Shown one piece after another: positions 25,946 to 34,523 of a stretch of DNA of 41,146 nucleotides. The notes under the pieces were generated by a model. It saw nothing but the letters and a program-made list of their open reading frames with translations. It searched no databases and had not been told where the DNA came from. Position 1 is the stretch's first letter. Every line of letters starts with the position of its first letter. The translations under genes were made by a program, and so were the position numbers. The DNA comes from Desulfobacterales bacterium (GTDB lineage: Bacteria; Desulfobacterota; DSM-4660; Desulfatiglandales; Desulfatiglandaceae): positions 1-41,146 of the forward strand of contig JALVSJ010000202.1 of assembly GCA_027024445.1 (NCBI GenBank), written 5' to 3'.

Positions 25946-27331
25946 ATGAGCGAGTTAGAGAACAGGGTTATTGAGTTTACTCGGCATACCTTTGGTACCT
26001 GGAACAGACAAAAGGCATGGCATAGTCCAATGGTTGTCAAAGATGCCGAGGGTGTATTCTTTTATGATGACAAGGGAAAGCCTTATATCGACTTTTCCTC
26101 GCAGTTAATGTGCTCTAACCTGGGGCACAAGAACAAGGCAATAATTGAAGCTGTGGTAAAACAGATAGAAAAGCTCCCGTACGTGGCTCCAGGCTTTGTC
26201 ACTGAGACCGCCATGGCAGCGGTCGAAGCACTCAAATCTGTGATGCCGGGGGGACTTACAAAGTATTTTTTCTCAACCAGTGGGACAGAGGCCAATGAGG
26301 CCGCACTTAAAATGGTACGCCAATCCAAGGCTCCTGCTTACAAAGTGATTTCCCGTTATCACTCCTACCACGGTGCTACCCCGGCCGGAATCACTTTCAC
26401 AGGTGACCCCAGGAGGTGGTATGCTGAACAAGCCCGCTGTACCGTTCAAGGGGTTCGCTTTGCTCCCGATTGCTATTGTTATCGCTGCCCATTTGGACTC
26501 AGTTACGGGGACTGCAATATCCAATGTGCCAGGTATCTTGATTACATGATCAAGGAAGAAGGCAACGTCGCCGCCATAATAGTGGAACCGGTAGTGGGCA
26601 CAAATGGCAGGATTGTCCCTCCCCCTGAATACTTCCCAATGGTCAGGCAAATCTGTGATGAAAACGATGTATTACTCATCGCAGATGAGGTAATGACCGG
26701 GTGGTTCAGAACAGGCAAGGCATTCGCCATGGAGCACTGGGGAGTAACCCCTGATATACTCACCACAGCCAAGGGAGCTACAGGGGCCTATACCCCGGCA
26801 GGCATAACTGCTGCCACGGAAAAAGTGGCCTCCTTTTTTGATGAAGAGGTCTTCTGCCACGGTCATACTTATGCCTATCACGCAGTTGCTCTTTGTAGCA
26901 TCCCTGCTGCGGTTGAAGAGTACAAGAAACTCATGGCAACAGGACTTCCTCAAAGGGTCAGTGAGTATCTCAAAGAGAAATTATATGCTCTGGCAGACCG
27001 CCACGTATCTATTGGCGATGTCCGAGGAATAGGTCATTTTTGGGCCTTAGAATTGGTGAAGAACCGTGAGACGAAAGAGCCCTTTAACGTAAAGGCCGAT
27101 AAATTTGGCGGTGGGCCGTTGATGACCGCTCGGGTGGCAGGAGAAGCCATGAAAAACGGGCTTTACATGGCTGCATGGTACGACAACCTTGTGGTGGCAC
27201 CGCCTCTCATCATAAAGCAAGAAGAGGTGGATCAGGCCATAGAGATCTTGGATAAAGCCCTGGAGATAGCCGACTCCGAGGCAACAAGCACAGATATTCC
27301 GGCTTCCAGAAGTTCCGAGTTCTCAAAATAA
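25946..27331 (+). CDS. Class-III (omega) aminotransferase, beta-alanine/omega-amino-acid transaminase-like
   Basis: The ATG at 25946 follows GGAAAGGAG (the track start at 25892 is rejected). PLP-fold type I class III motifs are present: STSGTEANEAALKM, LLIADEV.TGW.RTG, and the Lys context DILTTAKGATG. Confidence 0.85.
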   Translation: MSELENRVIEFTRHTFGTWNRQKAWHSPMVVKDAEGVFFYDDKGKPYIDFSSQLMCSNLGHKNKAIIEAVVKQIEKLPYVAPGFVTETAMAAVEALKSVMPGGLTKYFFSTSGTEANEAALKMVRQSKAPAYKVISRYHSYHGATPAGITFTGDPRRWYAEQARCTVQGVRFAPDCYCYRCPFGLSYGDCNIQCARYLDYMIKEEGNVAAIIVEPVVGTNGRIVPPPEYFPMVRQICDENDVLLIADEVMTGWFRTGKAFAMEHWGVTPDILTTAKGATGAYTPAGITAATEKVASFFDEEVFCHGHTYAYHAVALCSIPAAVEEYKKLMATGLPQRVSEYLKEKLYALADRHVSIGDVRGIGHFWALELVKNRETKEPFNVKADKFGGGPLMTARVAGEAMKNGLYMAAWYDNLVVAPPLIIKQEEVDQAIEILDKALEIADSEATSTDIPASRSSEFSK

Positions 27332-27366
27332 TGATAAGCTGAAAATGCTAAAAGGAGGTATGACGC

Positions 27367-28590
27367 ATGGCTGACAATGTGGACATAGATCTCTCTATAG
27401 ATTTTTGCGGGGTCAAATTCAAGAACCCTTTTATCCTAGCATCTGCTCCTCCCACCACAACCGGGAGCATGATAGGACGGGCCTTTAAGGCCGGTTGGGC
27501 AGGGGCTGTCACCAAGACATTAGTTGAGGATGCTAGTACCATTATCAACGTGACGCCTCGTCTCGCCTCCTTGGGATTCAAGGATCCTGAAAAGAGAAAA
27601 AAGAAAAATTATGCCTTGGAAAATATTGAACTCGTGACTGACAGAGAACTATCCGTGTGGCTAAAGGAGATTGAAGAACTTCGGACCAAGTATCCGGACC
27701 ATGTGGTTATTGCCAGCATCATGGATGATGCCAGCGAACCTGAAGGATGGCAAAGGATGGCAAAGAAGTGCGAGGATGCGGGTGCCAATATTATTGAACT
27801 AAATTTGTCCTGCCCCCACGGAATGCCGGAGAGGGGCATGGGATCGGCCATAGGCCAAAATGCTGAGCTTTCAAAAAGGGTGACCGGCTGGGTGGCAGAA
27901 GCGGTAAACATACCTGTAATAGCTAAAATGACCCCCAACGTGACTGAGGTAGCACTGGTGGCCGAGGTCTGCATGGAAGCAGGTGCCAAGGGCATATCAG
28001 CTATTAATACTGTAGCAGCCATTATCGGGGTTGACTTGGACACTCTAGTGCCTCTCCCCAATGTTTCTGGATTCTCAGCCCATGGAGGACTCTCTGGGCC
28101 TGCCGTAAAGCCCATTGCACTAAAGGCAATAGCATCTATCGCAAAGGAGACCGGTGCACCTGTGTCGGGGATAGGTGGTATCACCACGTGGGAAGATGCT
28201 GCCGAATTTATTCTTTTGGGGGCATCCACACTTCAAGTTTGCACTGCTGTTATGTTTTACGGCTATTCCATAATCGACGATCTTAACAGCGGCCTTGCTC
28301 AATATATGAAGAAAAAAGGTTTTGGATCTATTACTGATATGGTAGGGGCATCTTTAGACAAGCTTGTGTCTTTTGGTGACCTGGACAATAAGACGCGACG
28401 CAAGGCATACATAGACAACAGCCTCTGCATCCAGTGTGACGCTTGCTTTATATCATGCAGAGATGCCGGTTACCAGGCAATCACCAGGGGATCTGACAAG
28501 GTTTACAAAGTGACTGAGAAGCTGTGCACCGGTTGTTCCCTTTGCTATCAGGTCTGCCCCGTAGATGGCTGTATAAGTCTAAAGCCATGA
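27367..28590 (+). CDS. preA: Dihydropyrimidine dehydrogenase PreA-like subunit (DHOD-like FMN domain plus C-terminal 2x[4Fe-4S])
   Basis: 407 aa. The active-site context is ELNLSCPHGMPERGMG, with GGI.T.EDA further in. The C-terminus carries CIQCDACFISC and CTGCSLCYQVCP. Confidence 0.88.
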   Translation: MADNVDIDLSIDFCGVKFKNPFILASAPPTTTGSMIGRAFKAGWAGAVTKTLVEDASTIINVTPRLASLGFKDPEKRKKKNYALENIELVTDRELSVWLKEIEELRTKYPDHVVIASIMDDASEPEGWQRMAKKCEDAGANIIELNLSCPHGMPERGMGSAIGQNAELSKRVTGWVAEAVNIPVIAKMTPNVTEVALVAEVCMEAGAKGISAINTVAAIIGVDLDTLVPLPNVSGFSAHGGLSGPAVKPIALKAIASIAKETGAPVSGIGGITTWEDAAEFILLGASTLQVCTAVMFYGYSIIDDLNSGLAQYMKKKGFGSITDMVGASLDKLVSFGDLDNKTRRKAYIDNSLCIQCDACFISCRDAGYQAITRGSDKVYKVTEKLCTGCSLCYQVCPVDGCISLKP

Positions 28591-28650
28591 TTTGTAACAA
28601 AGGCCATACGATATACAGCACCGCTAACTACAAAGACATAGGAGGGTGTT

Positions 28651-30030
28651 ATGGATTACAAGATTATTAATGGTACTATCGTAACGGCGACTGATACATA
28701 CCGTGCAGACATTGGGGTCCAAGGAGGGAAGATTGTTCAGATCGCAAAAAAGATAAAAGAACCAGCTCAAGAGGTTATTGATGCCAAAGGATTATATATT
28801 CTCCCTGGAGGCATTGACATCCACACCCACCTTGACATGCCGTTCATGGGCACCTCTTCCTCGGACGATTTTGAAACAGGGACCATTGCTGCTGCCTTTG
28901 GCGGCACCACCTGTATCGTTGATTTCGCTATTCAGGGCAAGAGACAGAGTCTAAAAGGGGCACTCAAGACATGGATGAAAAAGGCTGCCAATAAGGCAGT
29001 AATTGACTACGGTTTCCACATCGCCATTACGGACCTTAATAATAGGGTAATGGCGGAAATCCCGGAAATGGTTGCTGCCGGGGTTACAAGCTTCAAATGT
29101 TTCCTCGCCTACAAAGGTGCGCTGATGATAGATGATGGGGCACTTTACAGGATATTGCAGGAGTCAAAGAGGGCTGGTGCCCTTGTTATGATTCATGCCG
29201 AAAATGGTGACGTACTTGATATCCTGATCAATGACTACATCTCCAAGGGCCTTACAGAGCCAAAATACCACGCTCTCAGCCGTCCTCCTGAAGCAGAGGC
29301 TGAGGCCACGGGGCGAGGAATAGCCATAGCACAAATGGCAGGAGCACCTATTTACATTGTACACCTCAGTTGTAAAGAGGCGCTGGCCAAGGTTAAGGAG
29401 GCAAGAGATGCGGGGTTTCCTGCCTACGCCGAAACTTGCCCCCAGTATCTGTTAAAATCTTATAATAACTACCTTGAGCCTAATTTTGAAGGAGCCAAGT
29501 ATGTGATGTCTCCTCCTTTGAGGGATAAGTCCAATTGGGAACCCCTGTGGAAAGGGCTTGCATATGGAGACCTCCAGATTGTCTCCACCGATCACTGCCC
29601 GTTCAATTTCAAAGGGCAGAAGGACAAAGGAAAAGATAACTTTGCAGCCATTCCCAATGGAGCTCCGGGCATCGAGCACAGGCTGATGCTCATGTTCCAT
29701 GAAGGGGTCAATAAGAAACGCATCACTCTCAATCGCTTTGTGGACCTCGTATCCTCTACCCCGGCCAAACTCTTCGGTCTATTTCCGCAAAAGGGAACAA
29801 TAGCTGTGGGTAGTGATGCAGACCTTGTACTTTGGGATCCTAAGGCCCAATTTGAGATTAGCGCCAAGAACCACCACCAGAATGTGGACTACACCCCGTA
29901 TGAAGGATTCAAAGTCAAAGGTCTGCCTAAGGTGGTGCTGGCCAACGGAAAGGTGATCGTAAAGGACAATCAATTCTTGGGAACAGCAGGGTCAGGAAGG
30001 TTTATAAAGCGCAAACCAGTACGGCTGTAG
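28651..30030 (+). CDS. Dihydropyrimidinase / D-hydantoinase (cyclic amidohydrolase)
   Basis: 459 aa with metal ligands GGIDIHTHLDMP, the carboxylated-Lys context SFKCFLAYKG, then IHAENGD and STDHCPF. Confidence 0.9.
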   Translation: MDYKIINGTIVTATDTYRADIGVQGGKIVQIAKKIKEPAQEVIDAKGLYILPGGIDIHTHLDMPFMGTSSSDDFETGTIAAAFGGTTCIVDFAIQGKRQSLKGALKTWMKKAANKAVIDYGFHIAITDLNNRVMAEIPEMVAAGVTSFKCFLAYKGALMIDDGALYRILQESKRAGALVMIHAENGDVLDILINDYISKGLTEPKYHALSRPPEAEAEATGRGIAIAQMAGAPIYIVHLSCKEALAKVKEARDAGFPAYAETCPQYLLKSYNNYLEPNFEGAKYVMSPPLRDKSNWEPLWKGLAYGDLQIVSTDHCPFNFKGQKDKGKDNFAAIPNGAPGIEHRLMLMFHEGVNKKRITLNRFVDLVSSTPAKLFGLFPQKGTIAVGSDADLVLWDPKAQFEISAKNHHQNVDYTPYEGFKVKGLPKVVLANGKVIVKDNQFLGTAGSGRFIKRKPVRL

Positions 30031-30054
30031 GAATCAGTAACAATTCCAGAGAAC

Positions 30055-30089
30055 AAAAGGCGCAGGTTATTAAATATCCTGCGCCTTTT
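30055..30089. terminator. Bidirectional intrinsic terminator between the convergent dihydropyrimidinase and methyltransferase/NCS1 genes
   Basis: The sequence is aaaaGGCGCAGG-ttattaaatat-CCTGCGCCtttt. An 8-bp GC-rich stem is flanked by an A-run on one side and a T-run on the other, so it is usable from both strands. Confidence 0.7.
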
Positions 30090-30127
30090 AAGCTTATGCG
30101 GAAAGAGCAGATAGTTCGCAAACGCAC

Positions 30128-30745
30128 CTATGATCTCTCAGGGTTTTTCGCGAATCCGTAAGGGATTATAAAAGGTACCTTTTTTCTGTACTCCAAATAC
30201 CTTTCTCCAAATAGCTCAATCATCCGTTTCTCCTCCTGCACTGACTCATACAGAACAAATACAGTGAGAAGCACATTGTAAAATATAGTGAGCAAGTATG
30301 GCCTACTCAGCACTATCCCCCAGCTAGCAATCAGCCATCCCGCATACATGGGATGCCGGCATATGCTATAGGCTCCGGAGTAGTAAAAAACCTTTGGATA
30401 CTCCTTCACTCCAAAAAATTGGGGCAAGCGGCGACTTTTCGCCACTTGCCCCAGTGCCATACCAGCAATCCAGAAGGCAAACATTGTAGGTACTATCGCG
30501 ATCAGACCCATAACAGGATGAAAAAGCCTTAGGGTCTCAGGCGCCCACCTGAACAGCGCTACCAGCGATAGTACCAACAACGAAAGCGATATAAAAGAAC
30601 GCAACAATGCGTAAGTTGATATACTCAGGCCGAGCCTGGAGCGAATGCCACTTTTTATCTGTTCTCTGGCCGTCAGGCTGTGAAATGCTCCAAAGCACAC
30701 CATAATGAGGGAAATCCCCACATATGGGTACATCAAAAACCTCAA
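30128..30745 (-). CDS. Membrane methyltransferase of the isoprenylcysteine carboxyl methyltransferase / PEMT-like family
   Basis: 205 aa, polytopic. The C-terminal signature is CRHPMYAGWLIASWG...EEKRMIELFGERYLEYRKKVP. It starts 6 nt after the NCS1 stop, so co-transcription is likely. Confidence 0.7.
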   Translation of the reverse strand: MRFLMYPYVGISLIMVCFGAFHSLTAREQIKSGIRSRLGLSISTYALLRSFISLSLLVLSLVALFRWAPETLRLFHPVMGLIAIVPTMFAFWIAGMALGQVAKSRRLPQFFGVKEYPKVFYYSGAYSICRHPMYAGWLIASWGIVLSRPYLLTIFYNVLLTVFVLYESVQEEKRMIELFGERYLEYRKKVPFIIPYGFAKNPERS

Positions 30746-30751
30746 AAAATA

Positions 30752-32401
30752 TTATTTTGCCCCCTCGGGAATAGCAGGAAAATACTTTTCATACCATGCT
30801 CTATAAAGAATCCAATAGGCGAAGAAACCTATTATGGCCCCAACAAACCATGTCCATTGCGACAGGACCGAGCTGTATTTTGAAAGCACTAGTGAGCCCA
30901 CAATACCGGTAAATAGGGCAAGTACGCCTGCAAAGTTTACGCCTTTTGCCTTGCTAATGTACAGGTAAATACCTGCTGCCAGTCCTAAGAACAGAACTAG
31001 AGTCGTCAGGGTAGAAGGCCAGCCTGTGCCCAGGATGGCCCCTGCTTTCCATAGCCAAACCGTTGCTGCCAGCAGGATGATTCCGTATATAACTGCCACC
31101 CAACTGGTCTTGCCGGCATCGTAATTATAATACCCGTCTCTGATATAGATATCATATAGCTTGATTTTCTGTTTTCGTATGACCCAGTAGTCACAGATGA
31201 TCACCCCCGCAATTCCTCCAGTAAAGGCACCATAGCCCAGCAGCCAGGTCCAGATGTAAGCCTTGGGGTCAGCCAGGAATTTCCAGGGCTGCATTAGCAC
31301 GCCGATAAGGGCGATCAGAATCGTCGTCCTCTCCCAGTTGAGGTACTTGGGAATCAGGTTCATGAAGTCATTAATGGGGGAAACCATGTTTGCCGTGATG
31401 TTGGTTGTAAGAGTGCCCAAGATAACGAAAAGCAAACCGACAAAGATGTAAAAGGGAGTCCCGATCTTTATCATGAGTTTGATAGGATCCCAGATGGCCG
31501 TGCCGTAAATCACCACCGTAGCAGATGTGACAGCAACTCCAAAAAACGAATAGGCCGTCATAGTAGGCGGAAGCCCAAGGGCCTGCCCTAAGTACTGGAC
31601 TTTCTGGTTCTTGGCAAAACGGGTCAGGTCAGGGATATTGATAGCCAGGGTAGACCAGTAAGCGACCATTGCAGTCAGGAACGCAGGCCATTTAGACCAG
31701 GGGGCTGTACGGGGTTGCTCAAGGATCGGACCCCATCCCCCAGCGTTCTTAACTCCCCAAATAAGGAGCATGATTCCAATGAAAATCAAAACAGGCGAAG
31801 CCAGGTCGTTTAACCATCTTATACCGGGAGATGCCTTCCACGGTGGAGAGACATAGCAAATGACAACTGTCATCAACCATGAAATCAGAAATGAAATAAC
31901 GACGTGTCCCTCCAGTCCGAAAAACGGTACACTGCCTTTTATGGCTCCGTATGATGGGAACACCTTCACCAGTATACCGTCAATGGCATAGGCCATAATC
32001 ATAGTTTGGATACCAAACCAACCACAGGCAATGATTCCCCTCAACAGGGCCGGAATGTTAGCGCCGAAAAGACCGAAAGCAGAACGAAGGAACACCGGGA
32101 AAGGAATCCCGTATTTTGCTCCAGCAAATGAGTCCAGAATCATCGGTATGAGCACAATGACGTTACCGAGAAAGATGGTAAAAATGGTAGTCAGCCAGTC
32201 AAACCCTGCTGATATCATACTCGCGCCCAGCATCCACGTTGGTACGCAGACACTCATTCCCACCCACATGGCGAAATACTCATAGTAGCCCCAGGTCCTT
32301 CTCTCTAAGCGCACAGGCGCAAGGTCCCTGTTGTAAAACTGACTCGCGGGTAGCTCCTTGGTCAGCTCAAACCTGCCGTCAACCTCTCTTACAATATCCA
32401 T
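30752..32401 (-). CDS. NCS1-family nucleobase/hydantoin:cation symporter
   Basis: 549 aa. The N-terminal NCS1 signature is YNRDLAPV..ERRTWG.Y.YFAMWVGMS, and the rest is 12+ TM-like hydrophobic segments. An AGGAGGAG RBS is present. It appears to carry extra C-terminal hydrophobic segments compared with typical NCS1 proteins. Confidence 0.85.
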   Translation of the reverse strand: MDIVREVDGRFELTKELPASQFYNRDLAPVRLERRTWGYYEYFAMWVGMSVCVPTWMLGASMISAGFDWLTTIFTIFLGNVIVLIPMILDSFAGAKYGIPFPVFLRSAFGLFGANIPALLRGIIACGWFGIQTMIMAYAIDGILVKVFPSYGAIKGSVPFFGLEGHVVISFLISWLMTVVICYVSPPWKASPGIRWLNDLASPVLIFIGIMLLIWGVKNAGGWGPILEQPRTAPWSKWPAFLTAMVAYWSTLAINIPDLTRFAKNQKVQYLGQALGLPPTMTAYSFFGVAVTSATVVIYGTAIWDPIKLMIKIGTPFYIFVGLLFVILGTLTTNITANMVSPINDFMNLIPKYLNWERTTILIALIGVLMQPWKFLADPKAYIWTWLLGYGAFTGGIAGVIICDYWVIRKQKIKLYDIYIRDGYYNYDAGKTSWVAVIYGIILLAATVWLWKAGAILGTGWPSTLTTLVLFLGLAAGIYLYISKAKGVNFAGVLALFTGIVGSLVLSKYSSVLSQWTWFVGAIIGFFAYWILYRAWYEKYFPAIPEGAK

Positions 32402-32724
32402 GTGAACTCCTCCTGTTATTAGTTATTGCCAATTCCGATTCCCTGTCAGGAACCAACTCATTTCCAATCAGCCAAACGCCTCAGGAGAGGCCACATTTTC
32501 GCAATCTTTCTTGGTATAAATGCCTGATCAAATCCGTCTTCGTCAGCCGCAGGATAAACAAGCCGCAATCAGGAGCTACAACTCGCAGGGTAAACATTAG
32601 CGCACTATTGCAAAAAACACCCATCTGTGTCAAGAGAAGTTCTAATGAACTCTATTCTGGTGCTTGAATGTGATCGCTTTAGCACGCCAAATGCATTGAT
32701 TTGAATTTCTTCAGGCCTCCTTCA

Positions 32725-32753
32725 TTGACATACTCTATTATTTTCCATAGTCT
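32725..32753 (+). promoter_or_regulatory. Candidate sigma70 promoter for rarA
   Basis: TTGACA (32725-32730), a 17-nt spacer, then TAGTCT (32748-32753). It lies about 85 nt upstream of the rarA ATG. Confidence 0.4.
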
Positions 32754-32839
32754 GAATTAATAGACCACGAAAGCTATTAACTCCCGCTCGATGTTTGACT
32801 TGTTGCAAGGGCGAGCAATTGGGAAAAAGTAAGTGACTT

Positions 32840-34156
32840 ATGTGTCGGACTGCTTCCAACATTCACGTACCCCTTGCTGAACGGATGCGACCCTCAAGTT
32901 TTGATGAGATAGTAGGCCAGGAGCACCTGGTGGGAGAGAATACTGTGCTGCGCAGGGCTGTGGAAGCGGGAAAACCTTTTTCCGTTATTTTCTGGGGGCC
33001 ACCCGGCTCCGGGAAGACCACCCTTGCAAGGCTCATTGGAAAATATACAGGCCACCCTTTCCAGTCCTTTTCTGCTGTCACCTCAGGTCTCAAGGAACTC
33101 CGCCAAATCATAGATCAGGCGGAAAGAATACGAAATTTGAACGGACAACCTACCCTTCTCTTTGTGGACGAAATCCACCGTTTCAACAAGGCCCAGCAGG
33201 ATGCCTTCCTGCCCCATGTGGAAAGCGGGCTCATTATCCTAATAGGGGCAACGACCCAGAACCCTTCTTTTGAGGTCATTCCTCCTTTACTGTCCAGAGC
33301 GCGAGTCTTTATCCTAAAACCTCTTGATAAGGAAGCCGTCAGGAAGATCCTTCTCAGGGCCATTTCTGACAAGAACAAAGGATTGGGCGGGTCCCGGCTA
33401 GACATCGACAAAGAGGCATTGGACCTCCTTGCAAGTTTCTCGGAAGGAGACGCCCGGGTTGCCCTGAACAACCTTGAGACTGTGGTTTTTCATCATCTCG
33501 AGCTACACAAGGGAGGAGACGCCGTCCACATAGATCTTGGTGCTGTAAGCGAAGTGCTTCACCGCAAAGCGCTCACCTATGATAAGGCAGGGGAGGAGCA
33601 TTATAACTTGATCTCCGCCTTTCATAAAAGTATGCGCGGAAGTGATGCGCAGGCCTCCCTTTACTGGCTCTATAGGATGCTAGAAGCGGGGGAAGATCCC
33701 CTGTTTATCTGCCGAAGGATGATTCGCTTTGCATCGGAAGACATCGGGCTGGCTGATCCACAGGCACTCCGGGTGGCACTGGCAGCCTTTGAGGCCTGGG
33801 AGAAGGTGGGTCCTCCGGAGGCAGAATTAGCCCTTGCCGAAGCTGCTGTCTATCTTGCCACAGCACCAAAGAGCAATGCCCTCTATGTTGCAGAGAAAGC
33901 GGTCAAAGATGAGATCAGGCAAACCGGGGCACTTCCTGTCCCCATGCACATCAGAAATGCCCCCACTGGTTTAATGAAAAAACTCGGATATGGAAAGGGA
34001 TACTTATATCCCCATAACTACCCAAACGCCAGGGTTGAGCAAGAATATTTACCACACGGAATTAGACGAAGGACCTTCTATTATCCAACGGACAGGGGGT
34101 TCGAAAAAGAAGTGAAAAAACGCCTGGCGCATTCAAAAATGAAAAGAGAAGAGTAG
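32840..34156 (+). CDS. rarA: Replication-associated recombination protein A (AAA+ ATPase)
   Basis: 438 aa. The N-terminus PLAERMRPSSFDEIVGQEHL matches the MgsA/RarA start. Other motifs: Walker A GPPGSGKTT, Walker B LFVDEIHRFNK, and C-terminal MgsA_C motifs (HYNLISAFHKSMRGSD, YLYPHNY). Confidence 0.93.
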   Translation: MCRTASNIHVPLAERMRPSSFDEIVGQEHLVGENTVLRRAVEAGKPFSVIFWGPPGSGKTTLARLIGKYTGHPFQSFSAVTSGLKELRQIIDQAERIRNLNGQPTLLFVDEIHRFNKAQQDAFLPHVESGLIILIGATTQNPSFEVIPPLLSRARVFILKPLDKEAVRKILLRAISDKNKGLGGSRLDIDKEALDLLASFSEGDARVALNNLETVVFHHLELHKGGDAVHIDLGAVSEVLHRKALTYDKAGEEHYNLISAFHKSMRGSDAQASLYWLYRMLEAGEDPLFICRRMIRFASEDIGLADPQALRVALAAFEAWEKVGPPEAELALAEAAVYLATAPKSNALYVAEKAVKDEIRQTGALPVPMHIRNAPTGLMKKLGYGKGYLYPHNYPNARVEQEYLPHGIRRRTFYYPTDRGFEKEVKKRLAHSKMKREE

Positions 34157-34337
34157 GGAGAATCTATAGTTGCACCATGAACTAGGTTAACCGCTTATGC
34201 GCATGTTAACTGAACAACCCTCGTCTACAAGCCGAGAGGTTCAAAAATGTTGATTAAAATCAACTGCGCCCGGGCCCACTCCGGAAGTTATGCCGTGTTT
34301 GACCCGGCATCCGGAAATTCTAGGCATCAGATTTACT

Positions 34338-34364
34338 GGATTCCGGCCCGGGGGCCGGAATGAC
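34338..34364. repeat. REP-like GC-rich palindrome (ggATTCCGGCC-cggg-GGCCGGAATgac)
   Basis: A perfect 9-bp inverted repeat is read directly from the sequence. A related half-site, cgcgGGAATGACgg, occurs at about 3973-3988 just after trxB. It is embedded in a 367-nt non-coding convergent spacer with further hairpins (atgccg/cggcat at 34290-34310; tcgcc/ggcga at about 34395-34408). Confidence 0.6.
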
Positions 34365-34523
34365 AAGTAGCTCCGCGACAACGTGAATTTTTCTTCGCCT
34401 GAAGGCGAGGGCCTTCCACCCTGCCTGGCTCCCAACAGCAGACAGCCCTGCCTGACGCAATCTGTAGCCAGCCATCCCCGAAAGACACACTAAAACTAGG
34501 AATGAAACTATAGCTATAGTTGT

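Noticed and set aside
27609-28229. 206-aa minus-strand ORF inside preA
   Set aside because: It is antisense to the PreA-like gene with clear active-site and Fe-S motifs. The composition is Ala/Ser/Pro-rich, typical of the reverse frame of a coding gene.
34241-34435. 64-aa minus-strand ORF in the rarA/OmpA-FecR spacer
   Set aside because: The reading frame runs straight through the REP-like GC palindromes (..SFRPPGRNPV..). This is the kind of spurious peptide such repeats generate, and it has no RBS.
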